A stretch of DNA of 62,013 bases, filler included, from Bdellovibrionota bacterium (GTDB lineage: Bacteria; Bdellovibrionota; Bdellovibrionia; Bdellovibrionales; JAEYZS01), in assembly GCA_963169515.1 (NCBI GenBank). It is 8 parts of 8 records of this genome, joined end to end, with 100 filler letters (N's around TTAATTAATTAA, not from the genome) between each part and the next. Parts side by side here need not be neighbours in the genome. Positions count along the whole stretch, not along the records: positions 16,652 to 31,723 come from CAUJEF010000129.1; 7 more parts are not named here. The stretch is one strand, 5' to 3'. The translations under genes and the position numbers were made by a program. Positions 18,191-26,995 of this stretch are shown one piece after another; the stretch's first letter is position 1, and each line of letters begins with the position of its first letter. The notes under the pieces were generated by a model that was not told the DNA's origin, did no database searches, and saw nothing but the letters and a program-made list of their open reading frames with translations.

Positions 18191-19063
18191 TCAAACGGAG
18201 AAAAGACGAAAAAAAAGAGTGCTTGGAATAAATTTTTGATTTTTTCTTTTTAATAATTGGGTCGCTTGCCCAAACTTATTCAATTCCTTGGCTGGCAACT
18301 CAAAAAGTTCATCCACGGTAAGACTATTAAAGGCGATGCTACGGGAACGGAAAAACCTCAATTCAACCCTATAAAGTCTCCGTTCCTTGGCTACGAGGAT
18401 GTCCCGATAGATAGGTGGGTATAATTGGAGTTTTTCTGGTGTCGCTTGCTCTGCGATTTCAAGTCTCTTGTCGTAGATAATGAGTTGCCAACCCAAATTG
18501 TAAATGTCTATCGCCTTAAATCGGTGTTCCCGTGTGTCCTTATCAATCCGTATGCTGTGCTGGATGACCCGATAAAAATAGTCTTTGGGGATGCCCGTAA
18601 AAAAATGAGTGTAGCCTACTCGCTCATTTAAAATTTTAATCAGGTCAATTCGTGTTTCAAAGTCCACGGCAAAATCCAGCCGTGTGATTTGATAAAACAC
18701 ATCTTGTTTTTCAGGCTTAAAATCTTTTTTGCGAGTTCGCTTTGCTCTGGGCTTTACTCCATTGTCGCTCAAAAATTTTAGGATGGCTCCAACTTTTAGG
18801 CGACCGTATTTCATTAGGTGAGCGGAACGGAGTTGAACTAAAATTTCCTTTGAATTGCTTTGGACATACTCGCTCCCATTGTTCACAAATTGCTTTGAGC
18901 CACCTTGAACGACAAAATGCTGTTCAAACAGAATTTCCAATATGCCGTAAAAGAGTTGGTCCGTAGGCTCCGCATTTTCACCGACGAATGAAATCAAACT
19001 TCGTGGCCGTGTAATAGTGATGTGGATTGTATCAAGGCCACAGAATACTTTATTTAGAACCAT
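18191..19063 (-). CDS. Rep_trans-family rolling-circle initiator / MOBT-like relaxase
   Basis: GLDTIHI, ITRLDFAVDF, IIYDKRLE (catalytic Tyr), YRVELRF. Start overlaps the FtsK stop region (ORF track start 19117). Confidence 0.8.
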   Translation of the reverse strand: MVLNKVFCGLDTIHITITRPRSLISFVGENAEPTDQLFYGILEILFEQHFVVQGGSKQFVNNGSEYVQSNSKEILVQLRSAHLMKYGRLKVGAILKFLSDNGVKPRAKRTRKKDFKPEKQDVFYQITRLDFAVDFETRIDLIKILNERVGYTHFFTGIPKDYFYRVIQHSIRIDKDTREHRFKAIDIYNLGWQLIIYDKRLEIAEQATPEKLQLYPPIYRDILVAKERRLYRVELRFFRSRSIAFNSLTVDELFELPAKELNKFGQATQLLKRKNQKFIPSTLFFRLFSV

Positions 19064-20327
19064 CTCCATCACCTTTGATTTTGATAGAGAGCGGAGCCAA
19101 AAACCTACGGGTTCCAATTTCGTCCCGAATTACAAACTTTCCTCTGGTCAGTGTATTGTCGTTTAGGCTTGTGTCGCCGATTAACTGGATGCTTTGCTGG
19201 GCATTGGTTTGAGATGCTATGAGTATTGGAAAGTTAATAAAATCTGGGTAGTCGTAATCACTTTTATTCGGCGATTGACTGGCACAGATGAGGACTATTC
19301 CCGTAGAGCGACATTGTTCCGCAAAAAAATTGACCAAATGACCGAACTCTTGGGTCAAGTCGTATTTTTCTTTGCGAGCCAACTCATCGGCTGTCGGGTC
19401 TTTGGAAAGTTTGGGTGCTGACTTACCAGAGCCAAAATAGGCTTTCATCTCATCCAACACCAAGAAAAGTTTTGGAGGCACATAAAATTTTGTGTCCTCC
19501 GTGCGAATTTCATCCCAATGCCGAGGACTAATTTTATTGGCTTTTAAAAATGCCAATGTCGCCTCAATTTCCTCTTTGTGTTGTCTCAATCGTCCAACCA
19601 ACTCTCGCAAATCGCCCAAATTGAACGGTTGATAGTAGGAACCCTTGAACTCATCCACGACCTCAATAAAGTCAGTTCCCTTGTTGTCGGCGATAATCAA
19701 CTGGTATTCGTTCAGTCGGTTGTGTTTCAAAAGAGTTTGAAAGAAAGAACGAATAATTGAATTGATTAAAACTGATTTTCCAGACCCCTTTGGCCCAATG
19801 ATTAAAAGAGTGTTTTCAAAATTTTTGATGACCTCCAAAATTATGAAATTCATCAAGGCATCAATGCCTATGAATAACTGCCCAACTGTGAGTGATGGTA
19901 TTTGCGACAACAAGAATTTTTCTGGAAAAGACTCGGTGTGGAGGATGATTTTTGGTTGTGATGACCACCATTGCTTTTCGTGTGTGATGAGTTCAATTTT
20001 TTTGCCAAAAAGGGTTTCCAAGTTCGGCTTTAAGTTTTCAAAATTTTTGATGCCATAGGCACGGTTATATTTTGAAAAAATCAGTTTATTGGCTTTCCAG
20101 TAAACTTTGATTTTTGAACTTACTCGCCGTTCCCTTAATCCTGTTTTTTCGTTCATCACATCTTTTGTGTTGTCTTGATAGAGGCCAAGGGCTTTCAACT
20201 CCTTTAAGTGATACTTGCGACCCCTATAAAGACGGTAAAAGAAATAAAATAGGGTTGCCCCTACCACCGAAAAAACGGTGATAAGGGCTTCCTTGTGTTT
20301 CAACAATTCGCCGACTGTGGGGGACAT
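19050..20327 (-). CDS. FtsK/SpoIIIE-family ATPase (TcpA-like coupling protein/DNA translocase)
   Basis: N-terminal TM helix, Walker A GPKGSGKS, IADNKGTDF, Walker B FLVLDE, CRSTGIVLICASQSP, terminal RGKF. Confidence 0.85.
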   Translation of the reverse strand: MSPTVGELLKHKEALITVFSVVGATLFYFFYRLYRGRKYHLKELKALGLYQDNTKDVMNEKTGLRERRVSSKIKVYWKANKLIFSKYNRAYGIKNFENLKPNLETLFGKKIELITHEKQWWSSQPKIILHTESFPEKFLLSQIPSLTVGQLFIGIDALMNFIILEVIKNFENTLLIIGPKGSGKSVLINSIIRSFFQTLLKHNRLNEYQLIIADNKGTDFIEVVDEFKGSYYQPFNLGDLRELVGRLRQHKEEIEATLAFLKANKISPRHWDEIRTEDTKFYVPPKLFLVLDEMKAYFGSGKSAPKLSKDPTADELARKEKYDLTQEFGHLVNFFAEQCRSTGIVLICASQSPNKSDYDYPDFINFPILIASQTNAQQSIQLIGDTSLNDNTLTRGKFVIRDEIGTRRFLAPLSIKIKGDGDGSK

Positions 20328-20605
20328 TACTTTTTCCCTCCAAGTTCTGCCTTGCGAACGATGCGGTAATAAGTTTGAACCTTTCCGCCGTTCGGTTGAC
20401 CGATATTGAACACCTCAACCTCTAACAACTGCTCACCAGCCTCTAATTTGATGGCCGACTTACATTTGATAAAATCAGGCACAACAATATCGCCAATTCG
20501 CTTTGTTGCCTCCAACACAGCGATAAACCCCAGACCCTTTTCTAAATCCTTGGGTTCGGTTGCCACTGACGATGAGTGAACCTTGGTTAAAATAAAATGT
20601 TTCAT
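20327..20605 (-). CDS. small beta-rich protein, putative OB-fold ssDNA-binding protein
   Basis: 92 aa; AAAGGAG RBS; coupled to FtsK; position equivalent to HelP/Orf22-23 (inference). Confidence 0.55.
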   Translation of the reverse strand: MKHFILTKVHSSSVATEPKDLEKGLGFIAVLEATKRIGDIVVPDFIKCKSAIKLEAGEQLLEVEVFNIGQPNGGKVQTYYRIVRKAELGGKK

Positions 20606-20940
20606 ACAATTTCTCCTTTGCCCTCACGGGCGGTTTAGTTTGCGAGTGGTTCTTGCCAATCAAAAACCTGCTCGTAAAAACTAAATGGGAGAAATTTTTA
20701 GTGGTTTGCTATTTTTCTTAAAAATTTTTTGATGGCTGGAAAAACCGCAATAGATTGAGTTTCTCGGCGATATAGGGCGATGAATGTCTTATTGCCATCG
20801 CTAATAGAATAATGCGATGGCGAGGCTTCGCCTCATCCCTTACGGGTTCGGCTTGCCTCGCTTATCATTGGTTCTGTTTTTAATGTAAAAACGGTTCTGT
20901 TGCTTTGTAAGCGAAATCGTCTCAAAAAACGGTCTGAATT

Positions 20941-22425
20941 TTATAAAGACAGTTCAGCATCAATCCCACATTCTTTCAAAAAAATCTCATCATGGGAAAT
21001 GATGATTACCGCTCCCTTGAATTGAGAAATCAAGTTCTCTAAAAACTTGATGTTTCCAAGGTCAAGGTTATTTGTCGGCTCATCAAGAATAATCAATTCT
21101 GGTTTTTCCTCGGCTAATAGCCCACAAGCCAATGCCGTTCTTAATCGTTCGCCACCACTCAATGAGTGAACCTCTTGAAATACACTGTCGCCAGTAAATA
21201 ATAACTTGGCGAGATTGTTCCTAATTTCACTTTCGCTCATTTTTGAAACAGCACGGACATTTTCAAGAACACTTTTTGTTTCATTTAAGATTGAACATTG
21301 TTGGTCTAAATAAAGTGTTGCTAATTTTCCAAGGCGGAGTTCACCTTTTGTTTTTAGTGAATTACCTAATATCGCTTTAATGAGAGTAGTTTTCCCAGAA
21401 CCGTTCGCTCCTTTAATTGCCAAACGAACATTGCCTCTCCAAGAAAAATTAAGGTCATTTTCGTATAACCATCTATCAAAGAACACATTATAGTCCTTTG
21501 CCTCGGCAACCAATTTTTGACTTGGAATTTCAACCCCGTTTAAATCGGCATACATAATCGGGTCAATTTTAATTTTGCTAAATGCCTCGTAAGCCTCTTT
21601 GACTTTTGTATTTGCCCTCTCCATTGTTGAGGCATCCACTTTGCCCGTGGTGGCCTGTGCTTTTCGTTTTCTTGCTCCAATTAAAATTTTTGGCATACCG
21701 CCTTTTTCTGCGGATTTTTTACCCTGACGATTTCGCTTTTCTTGCCTTTCAATTTGAATAGTTCGCTCGGCCTTTGTCTTGTCTCGCTCTCGTTTAGCCC
21801 TATCAAGTTCGTTCACTGACTGGTTTCGTTCTCGTTCTTTTTCGTCTTCATAAGACTGCCAGCCTCCGCCGTATTTCTCTAACCCCTGATTAGAGAGTTC
21901 CAGCACATCATCACAAAGTGCTAAAAACTCTCTATCGTGAGAAATCAAAAGGACACCATGCTGATATTCGCCAAGAAAGTTTCGTAAAATTGATTTTGCC
22001 TCTCGGTCTAAATCATTTGTTGGCTCGTCAAGAATAAGAAATTGGTCATCTATTGTTGAGGCAAGTCTTACTCGCATCCACTGGCCACCACTTAAATTTG
22101 AACATAAGATGGCTCGGTCAATTCCTGTAAGGAGTTTTTCACCAAGAACTGACCACGAATAACGAGGGGCTAAATAGTCCTCTACCGTAATGGCTTTTGC
22201 TATTTCTCGTTGAGAGAAAAAGGCAACGGCTCCGCTCTTGCGAACTGTGCCGATTGTAGGTGAAAAATCACCCACAATAAGTTTAGCAAGACAGGTCTTA
22301 CCAACCCCATTAGGCCCAACAAGGGCGGTCATTTTTGAGTTAAGAGAAAAACTAATGTTGTTAAATAGGGTGCGACCGTTTGGTAATTCAAAGGACACAC
22401 CGTTGACGGTGATAATTGATGGCAT
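20941..22425 (-). CDS. ABC-F family ATPase (cargo; possible ribosome protection)
   Basis: Two NBDs (GPNGVGKT/LSGGQ/LDEPTN; GANGSGKT/LSGGE/LDEPTN), charged helical linker, no TM segments. Confidence 0.9.
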   Translation of the reverse strand: MPSIITVNGVSFELPNGRTLFNNISFSLNSKMTALVGPNGVGKTCLAKLIVGDFSPTIGTVRKSGAVAFFSQREIAKAITVEDYLAPRYSWSVLGEKLLTGIDRAILCSNLSGGQWMRVRLASTIDDQFLILDEPTNDLDREAKSILRNFLGEYQHGVLLISHDREFLALCDDVLELSNQGLEKYGGGWQSYEDEKERERNQSVNELDRAKRERDKTKAERTIQIERQEKRNRQGKKSAEKGGMPKILIGARKRKAQATTGKVDASTMERANTKVKEAYEAFSKIKIDPIMYADLNGVEIPSQKLVAEAKDYNVFFDRWLYENDLNFSWRGNVRLAIKGANGSGKTTLIKAILGNSLKTKGELRLGKLATLYLDQQCSILNETKSVLENVRAVSKMSESEIRNNLAKLLFTGDSVFQEVHSLSGGERLRTALACGLLAEEKPELIILDEPTNNLDLGNIKFLENLISQFKGAVIIISHDEIFLKECGIDAELSL

Positions 22426-22560
22426 ATAAATAAACCCCTGCGACTGCTCGCATTTCTTTAAAAGTTAAAAGAATAAGAATGGTAGGTTTATTTATGCTCT
22501 CATAATCCTCTGGTAAGCCCAGAGATTTACAATGTTATACGGTTTCGCCAAAAAAAGCAA
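22426..22560 (-). promoter_or_regulatory. promoter plus translational attenuation leader of ABC-F (uORF Met-Arg-Ala, anti-SD hairpin)
   Basis: TTGCTT-N17-TAACAT; uORF at 22503..22492; perfect 11-bp IR 22426..22436 / 22485..22495 abutting the ATG. Confidence 0.6.
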
Positions 22561-22615
22561 TACGGCTTATGGCTTGGTGCGACCAATTGACTTAAAGGTT
22601 CTTATTACCAGCCAT

Positions 22616-23878
22616 TCAACCCTTGCTAATTTTATCTGCTGGTATTCTTCTCAATTCGGCGAGTGAAAGTGTGGCAACTTTATTCTCGGGTTTTAAGGTA
22701 AGAACATCCGTTGCCCCTTTGGTTTCCTCGGCGAGCATTCCCACATACATCAATGTTGTTTTTAGGTCGTCGTGTCCAACGATTGCTTGAACTTTGATGA
22801 CGGGAACACCTTGTAATAAAAGATTGGTGATAAATGTCCCACGGATGCCGTGAAACTTTGTTTGTCTAATTTTTAATGCCTTTTGAAACTGGCGAATGAT
22901 TTGTGCCGACTTTCCATTTTTCCAGTCTTGAATACGAGGCAAAATATATTCGCCGTGCTTGCCTCTCAATCCCAAGAAACACTCTAATAAGTCCAAATTG
23001 ATGGGAACCGTTCGGTCTTTTTTTCCTTTGGTCGGTTGATGGGTTTCAGTTTTCCAATCGTAGTTTTCCCGAATGAAAAGTAAGCGGTTCTCCCAATCTA
23101 CATTTTCCCATTTCATTGAATATAATTCGCCTGACCTTGCCCCTGTAAGATAGGCGACCGTGTAAACATCTGCCCAATCTTGGTTTACCGTTTTGGCATA
23201 GTCAATTAGGGCAATCATTTCGTTGTGTTTCATTACGGTTGGGTAATTCAATTTTTTCTTGCCACGAATATAAATCCCCATCGCTGGGTTGTGTTTCATT
23301 CGGCCCCTATCAACCATAAATTTGAAAACACCCCGAATGAATTTGAGGATGTTCATTCTCGTTGCCGACTTTACTTTTTCCTCGTCGTTCTTTTTGAGTT
23401 CCTCGCTGTTGATGAAATTTTCTATCTGTTCACTCGTAAAATCGCTCAACCACTTCTTGTTCCAAATGGCGGTGTGCTTTTTCAAGGTGCTAATGGTGGT
23501 GTCCATCGTATTAAAAGAAATTTTCTTGTCTTTGTATCGTGCCTCTAATCGCCCAAAGTATTCTTCACAGGCATTACCCCAAGTGGCATCCTTGCCCTCG
23601 TGCTTGATGGCGAGTTGAGATAATTCTTCCATCAATTCGTTTCGCTTTTGAATGGCGAGGAGTAGGCTTGTGATATTTCTTGCCCGTTTGAAAATTTGCT
23701 TGGGTGGTTTGTTCGCATCAACTTTTATTCTGCGATACACTCGCACATCATAAATGTTTTTTGATGGATGCTTAAAAATGCCGTCTCGCTCTTTCAGCCA
23801 GCCGTCCGCATTTTTTTCGTAAACCTCAATTTTCTTTTTCTTGAGGTTTTTGCTTTCGTTATTTTGTTCATCGCTCAT
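22616..23878 (-). CDS. tyrosine integrase
   Basis: TGARSGEL (R), TKGKK (K), FHGIR (HxxR), VGHDD (H), TTLMY (Y); N-terminal arm-binding-type extension. Confidence 0.95.
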   Translation of the reverse strand: MSDEQNNESKNLKKKKIEVYEKNADGWLKERDGIFKHPSKNIYDVRVYRRIKVDANKPPKQIFKRARNITSLLLAIQKRNELMEELSQLAIKHEGKDATWGNACEEYFGRLEARYKDKKISFNTMDTTISTLKKHTAIWNKKWLSDFTSEQIENFINSEELKKNDEEKVKSATRMNILKFIRGVFKFMVDRGRMKHNPAMGIYIRGKKKLNYPTVMKHNEMIALIDYAKTVNQDWADVYTVAYLTGARSGELYSMKWENVDWENRLLFIRENYDWKTETHQPTKGKKDRTVPINLDLLECFLGLRGKHGEYILPRIQDWKNGKSAQIIRQFQKALKIRQTKFHGIRGTFITNLLLQGVPVIKVQAIVGHDDLKTTLMYVGMLAEETKGATDVLTLKPENKVATLSLAELRRIPADKISKG

Positions 23879-23976
23879 TAGTGCCTCGCTCGTCTCTTAT
23901 CGTAAAAATCCCAAATAAAATTGAGGCCTAACCCCAGAAAATTAGCCGTGATTTTTTGGGCGATAAGCCATTGGTC

Positions 23977-24327
23977 TTATTTGTTTGCCAGCATCGTTTC
24001 CATCATCGCCTTAATGAGTTTTTGGTTGTCCTTGGTGAGTTTACCCACATTGTCTTTTATGAAATCCTCGTCCGTGCTTTCTTTTTCCCAATTACGGCAA
24101 AGTTCATAAAAGTATTTCGCTCCAATTTTCCCGTAGAGGTCTAAATAGGGCTTTAATCTTTCGCCTTGTGGACAATCGGCACGGCCATTTTCAATCTGTG
24201 AAATGTAGGAGTCGCTGACTCCAAGGAGTTTTCCTGCCTGTTTCATTGAAAGGCCGTGTTTCTCTCTCAAACTTTTTAAAACTCGTCCCTCTGGACTCAC
24301 GATGACTTGGCTTGTTCGCTTGCTCAT
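23977..24327 (-). CDS. XRE-family HTH transcriptional regulator
   Basis: LKSLREKHGLSMKQAGKLLGVSDSYISQIENG. Confidence 0.9.
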   Translation of the reverse strand: MSKRTSQVIVSPEGRVLKSLREKHGLSMKQAGKLLGVSDSYISQIENGRADCPQGERLKPYLDLYGKIGAKYFYELCRNWEKESTDEDFIKDNVGKLTKDNQKLIKAMMETMLANK

Positions 24328-24587
24328 AGGCCAATATATGAGGGAAACATTCCAAAATGTCCACTAATTTGACTACACACTTACTTTTTATGTAGCCAGT
24401 GATGCCCAAAGGACATCAAAAGGGCATCGCCAGAAATTTTTGTAATGGGGTGTCGTGGCTTTTAAGTGCGAGATGGCGGAAATTTTTGTAATACAAATTA
24501 TTAAAATCACTGGATATTTTTGTAATGAGACCAAAGCCCCCCGTTTTAAAGGGGGCTGGCTCATCTCAACTATAAGTGGGAGAAATT

Positions 24588-24662
24588 TGGATGGGGTGGT
24601 AGGATTCGAACCTACGGATGGCAGAATCAAAATCTGCTAACTTACCACTTGTCGACACCCCA
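24588..24662 (-). tRNA. tRNA-Gln (UUG)
   Basis: 75-nt cloverleaf: TGGGGTG/CACCCCA acceptor stem, GCAGA-TTTTGAT-TCTGC anticodon arm, GTAGG-TTCGAAT-CCTAC T arm, encoded CCA. Confidence 0.95.
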
Positions 24663-24767
24663 ACAAGATTATTGATGTAGGGTTTAAAGTATGGGCGGCA
24701 GAGTTGAATATCAATATCTGACGCAACGCTCATTGAGTCACGGTTGGGTTCAACTGAAAAGTCGTAA

Positions 24768-25181
24768 TCAGTTTGAGGGTATTAGCACCGTCGCATAGAA
24801 TTTGTGCTTTTTTGCGTCCACGATTGTGGCGCTCAAGGCGCTTGAAGCTTCGCTACGTGAAACCACAGCACCTAAAGGTGCGGACACACTTGCAAAGTAA
24901 CCGTTGGCTTGTGCGCAGTAACTTATGGTTAGTTTTTCGTGCAGAAAGATTTGGCATGGCTCGTATCCCACATCATTCACCCACACAAGCGTTGTGTTTG
25001 GATAAACTGGGACATGGGCGACGCGTTCCCGTCTTGGTTTTGGGTCTCTATTAAGAGCATCCGTTAAAGTCTCTAAGTCTAGATCATATACGCGTTCCAC
25101 GGCGATAACATTACCCAAACTTGTTTGAACATTGTCTGCTTGGGCAAAAAAACTCAGTGTCAGTAGAAAGCTTGCAATCAT
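24768..25181 (-). CDS. secreted hypothetical protein
   Basis: Signal peptide ending AQA; G-rich RBS. Confidence 0.65.
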   Translation of the reverse strand: MIASFLLTLSFFAQADNVQTSLGNVIAVERVYDLDLETLTDALNRDPKPRRERVAHVPVYPNTTLVWVNDVGYEPCQIFLHEKLTISYCAQANGYFASVSAPLGAVVSRSEASSALSATIVDAKKHKFYATVLIPSN

Positions 25182-25287
25182 GGATACCCCCCTATCAATG
25201 CCGATAGACTATCGACAAAAAATCATGACGACAAGGGTCCCGTTAATTGGAAATGGGATGGTGCACATCAAAAAGGTACGGCCTACC

Positions 25288-26712
25288 CTAGATTTCGAGG
25301 AATACGAGGCTTACTTGGTCGCCATGTTGGACACGCAGGATGTTGGAGCCCTTTTTTAGGTTCTGCATGACGCCTTTTTGATTTTTGACTGGAGTTTGGT
25401 TTACATCCAAAATTATATCGCCTACGCGCAAACCGTTTTGTGCAGCAGGACTTCCAGATTCTACCTCGACAATGACAGGCCCTTGTGCAGAATTCGCAGG
25501 AAGCTTCATTTCTTTTGCCAAATCGACTGAATAATCCAAAATTTTGAAGCCCAATTTGAATGGCGCTGGATTTGCTTCGTCCTTAAATTTTTTCATCTGC
25601 TGGCGCCGAGTTATGCGTGATTTTTCCGTAGGCCCTTCATCCACACGAACAGTTAATGTTTTTCTTTTGCCGCTGCGAATGACTTCAACCGGTGCTGATT
25701 GCCCTACGGGGTGATCTTTTACTGCGTCGACTAAATCATCGGCAGAATCCACCGACGTTCCGCCAAATTTTGTAATCACATCATACGGCTTCATGCCGGC
25801 CTTGTCGGCGGCGCCATTGGGTTGAACGCCGACGATCAGCGCGCCTTTGTTGTTTGGTAAATTCAATGCATTCTGAGCTTGCCGAGTGACCGAGCCGATC
25901 TGAACGCCGATAAATCCTCGGATTACTTTTCCGTATTTTTTCAAATTTGGCAAAATGGATTTCACATGATCAATTGGAATTGCAAAGCCAATTCCTTGTG
26001 CGCGCGCATCGATGGCAGAGTTTACGCCGATCACTTCACCCTTGGTGTTGACAAGGGGACCGCCAGAATTTCCGGGGTTTATCGCCGCATCAGTTTGTAA
26101 AAACGGAATTGCGTTTAAATCACGAATTCTTCTTCCGATGGCGGAAATGATTCCTTTGGTGATTGTACACTCATGGCCGTAGGGATTGCCGAAAGCAGCC
26201 ACCCACTGTCCGCGCTGTACGGACTTGCTATCACCAAGCGGTGCGACGGGAAAGATGCGCTTTGCCTTGATCTGCAGTAACGCGATATCCGTCCGCTTGT
26301 CGCCGCCGACAACAGTTGCTTCGTATTTATCGCCATCTTTTTGATCCGTATTTAAGTGAACCGTCACGGTGTCAGCCTGTTCTATGACGTGGTAATTCGT
26401 AATCACCAACCCGGACGGATCAATAATAAATCCTGTTCCAATCGCCTGAGGCCCCACGTCTTCGTCAGGTCCTTGTTGGTAGGGCTGTGCACCCGGGGGG
26501 CCATAAGGCATAAATTGTTCAAACAAATCAAATAATGGATCGCGTGCGTAGCCTTGTGGAAATTGTGATCTGAAATTTATTCCGATTGAAATACTGACAA
26601 CGGCGGGGCTAATTTTTTTATCCAGGTCTGTAAAAAGATTTTCTGGCAGATTCTGGGCAAGGGTCGCGCCAGTAGAAAGAAATAGAGTCAAAAATAGAAC
26701 AAGTTTTTTCAT
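25288..26712 (-). CDS. degP: HtrA/DegP (Do) serine protease with two PDZ domains
   Basis: TNYHV, DIAL and GNSGGPL catalytic motifs; two PDZ domains; signal peptide. Confidence 0.9.
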   Translation of the reverse strand: MKKLVLFLTLFLSTGATLAQNLPENLFTDLDKKISPAVVSISIGINFRSQFPQGYARDPLFDLFEQFMPYGPPGAQPYQQGPDEDVGPQAIGTGFIIDPSGLVITNYHVIEQADTVTVHLNTDQKDGDKYEATVVGGDKRTDIALLQIKAKRIFPVAPLGDSKSVQRGQWVAAFGNPYGHECTITKGIISAIGRRIRDLNAIPFLQTDAAINPGNSGGPLVNTKGEVIGVNSAIDARAQGIGFAIPIDHVKSILPNLKKYGKVIRGFIGVQIGSVTRQAQNALNLPNNKGALIVGVQPNGAADKAGMKPYDVITKFGGTSVDSADDLVDAVKDHPVGQSAPVEVIRSGKRKTLTVRVDEGPTEKSRITRRQQMKKFKDEANPAPFKLGFKILDYSVDLAKEMKLPANSAQGPVIVEVESGSPAAQNGLRVGDIILDVNQTPVKNQKGVMQNLKKGSNILRVQHGDQVSLVFLEI

Positions 26713-26724
26713 GGAAAACCTCTT

Positions 26725-26985
26725 TTATTTTTTATTATCAACGAACCTCATCTGTAGATCAGATAAAACGCGATCAAGAAAATCCTTTTCGTCCGGAGAT
26801 AAATTGCTTTTCGTTTTATCTTTGAGCATTAATAGTAAATCAATATTGTATTGGGCCATATTCAGATCTTTTTCAATTTTGTTAGTTACAGGGTTTGGCG
26901 CAAGCCCCAAGCTCATAGCCGTTGTTGATGCAATCGATAGTACAAGTGTCGAAAAATTCGGTTCCATTGGATTGTTGCTTTGCAT
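26725..26985 (-). CDS. DUF1844 family protein
   Basis: FSTLVLSIASTTAMSLG..PNP, AQYNIDLLLMLKDKTKSNL, LQMRFV. Confidence 0.8.
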   Translation of the reverse strand: MQSNNPMEPNFSTLVLSIASTTAMSLGLAPNPVTNKIEKDLNMAQYNIDLLLMLKDKTKSNLSPDEKDFLDRVLSDLQMRFVDNKK

Positions 26986-26995
26986 ATTTCCTGCC

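Larger units (their letters stand above)
16852..24598 (-). mobile_element. tRNA-Gln-associated integrative (probably mobilizable) element, ~7.7 kb
   Basis: Tyrosine integrase and XRE gene next to the tRNA 3' end; FtsK and Rep_trans genes; 13-bp inverted repeat (16896..16908 / 24398..24410) and 14-bp direct repeat (16921..16934 / 24513..24526) shared by the ends. Left boundary approximate. Confidence 0.8.

Noticed and set aside
16852..24598. Element as an inovirus or other prophage
   Set aside because: The ATPase has FtsK/TcpA motifs and an N-terminal TM helix rather than the Zot layout. There are no small coat-like TM proteins, capsid or terminase.
24388..24640. ORFs 24388..24630 and 24455..24640
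   Set aside because: They overlap the tRNA-Gln gene and the att repeat region; spurious.
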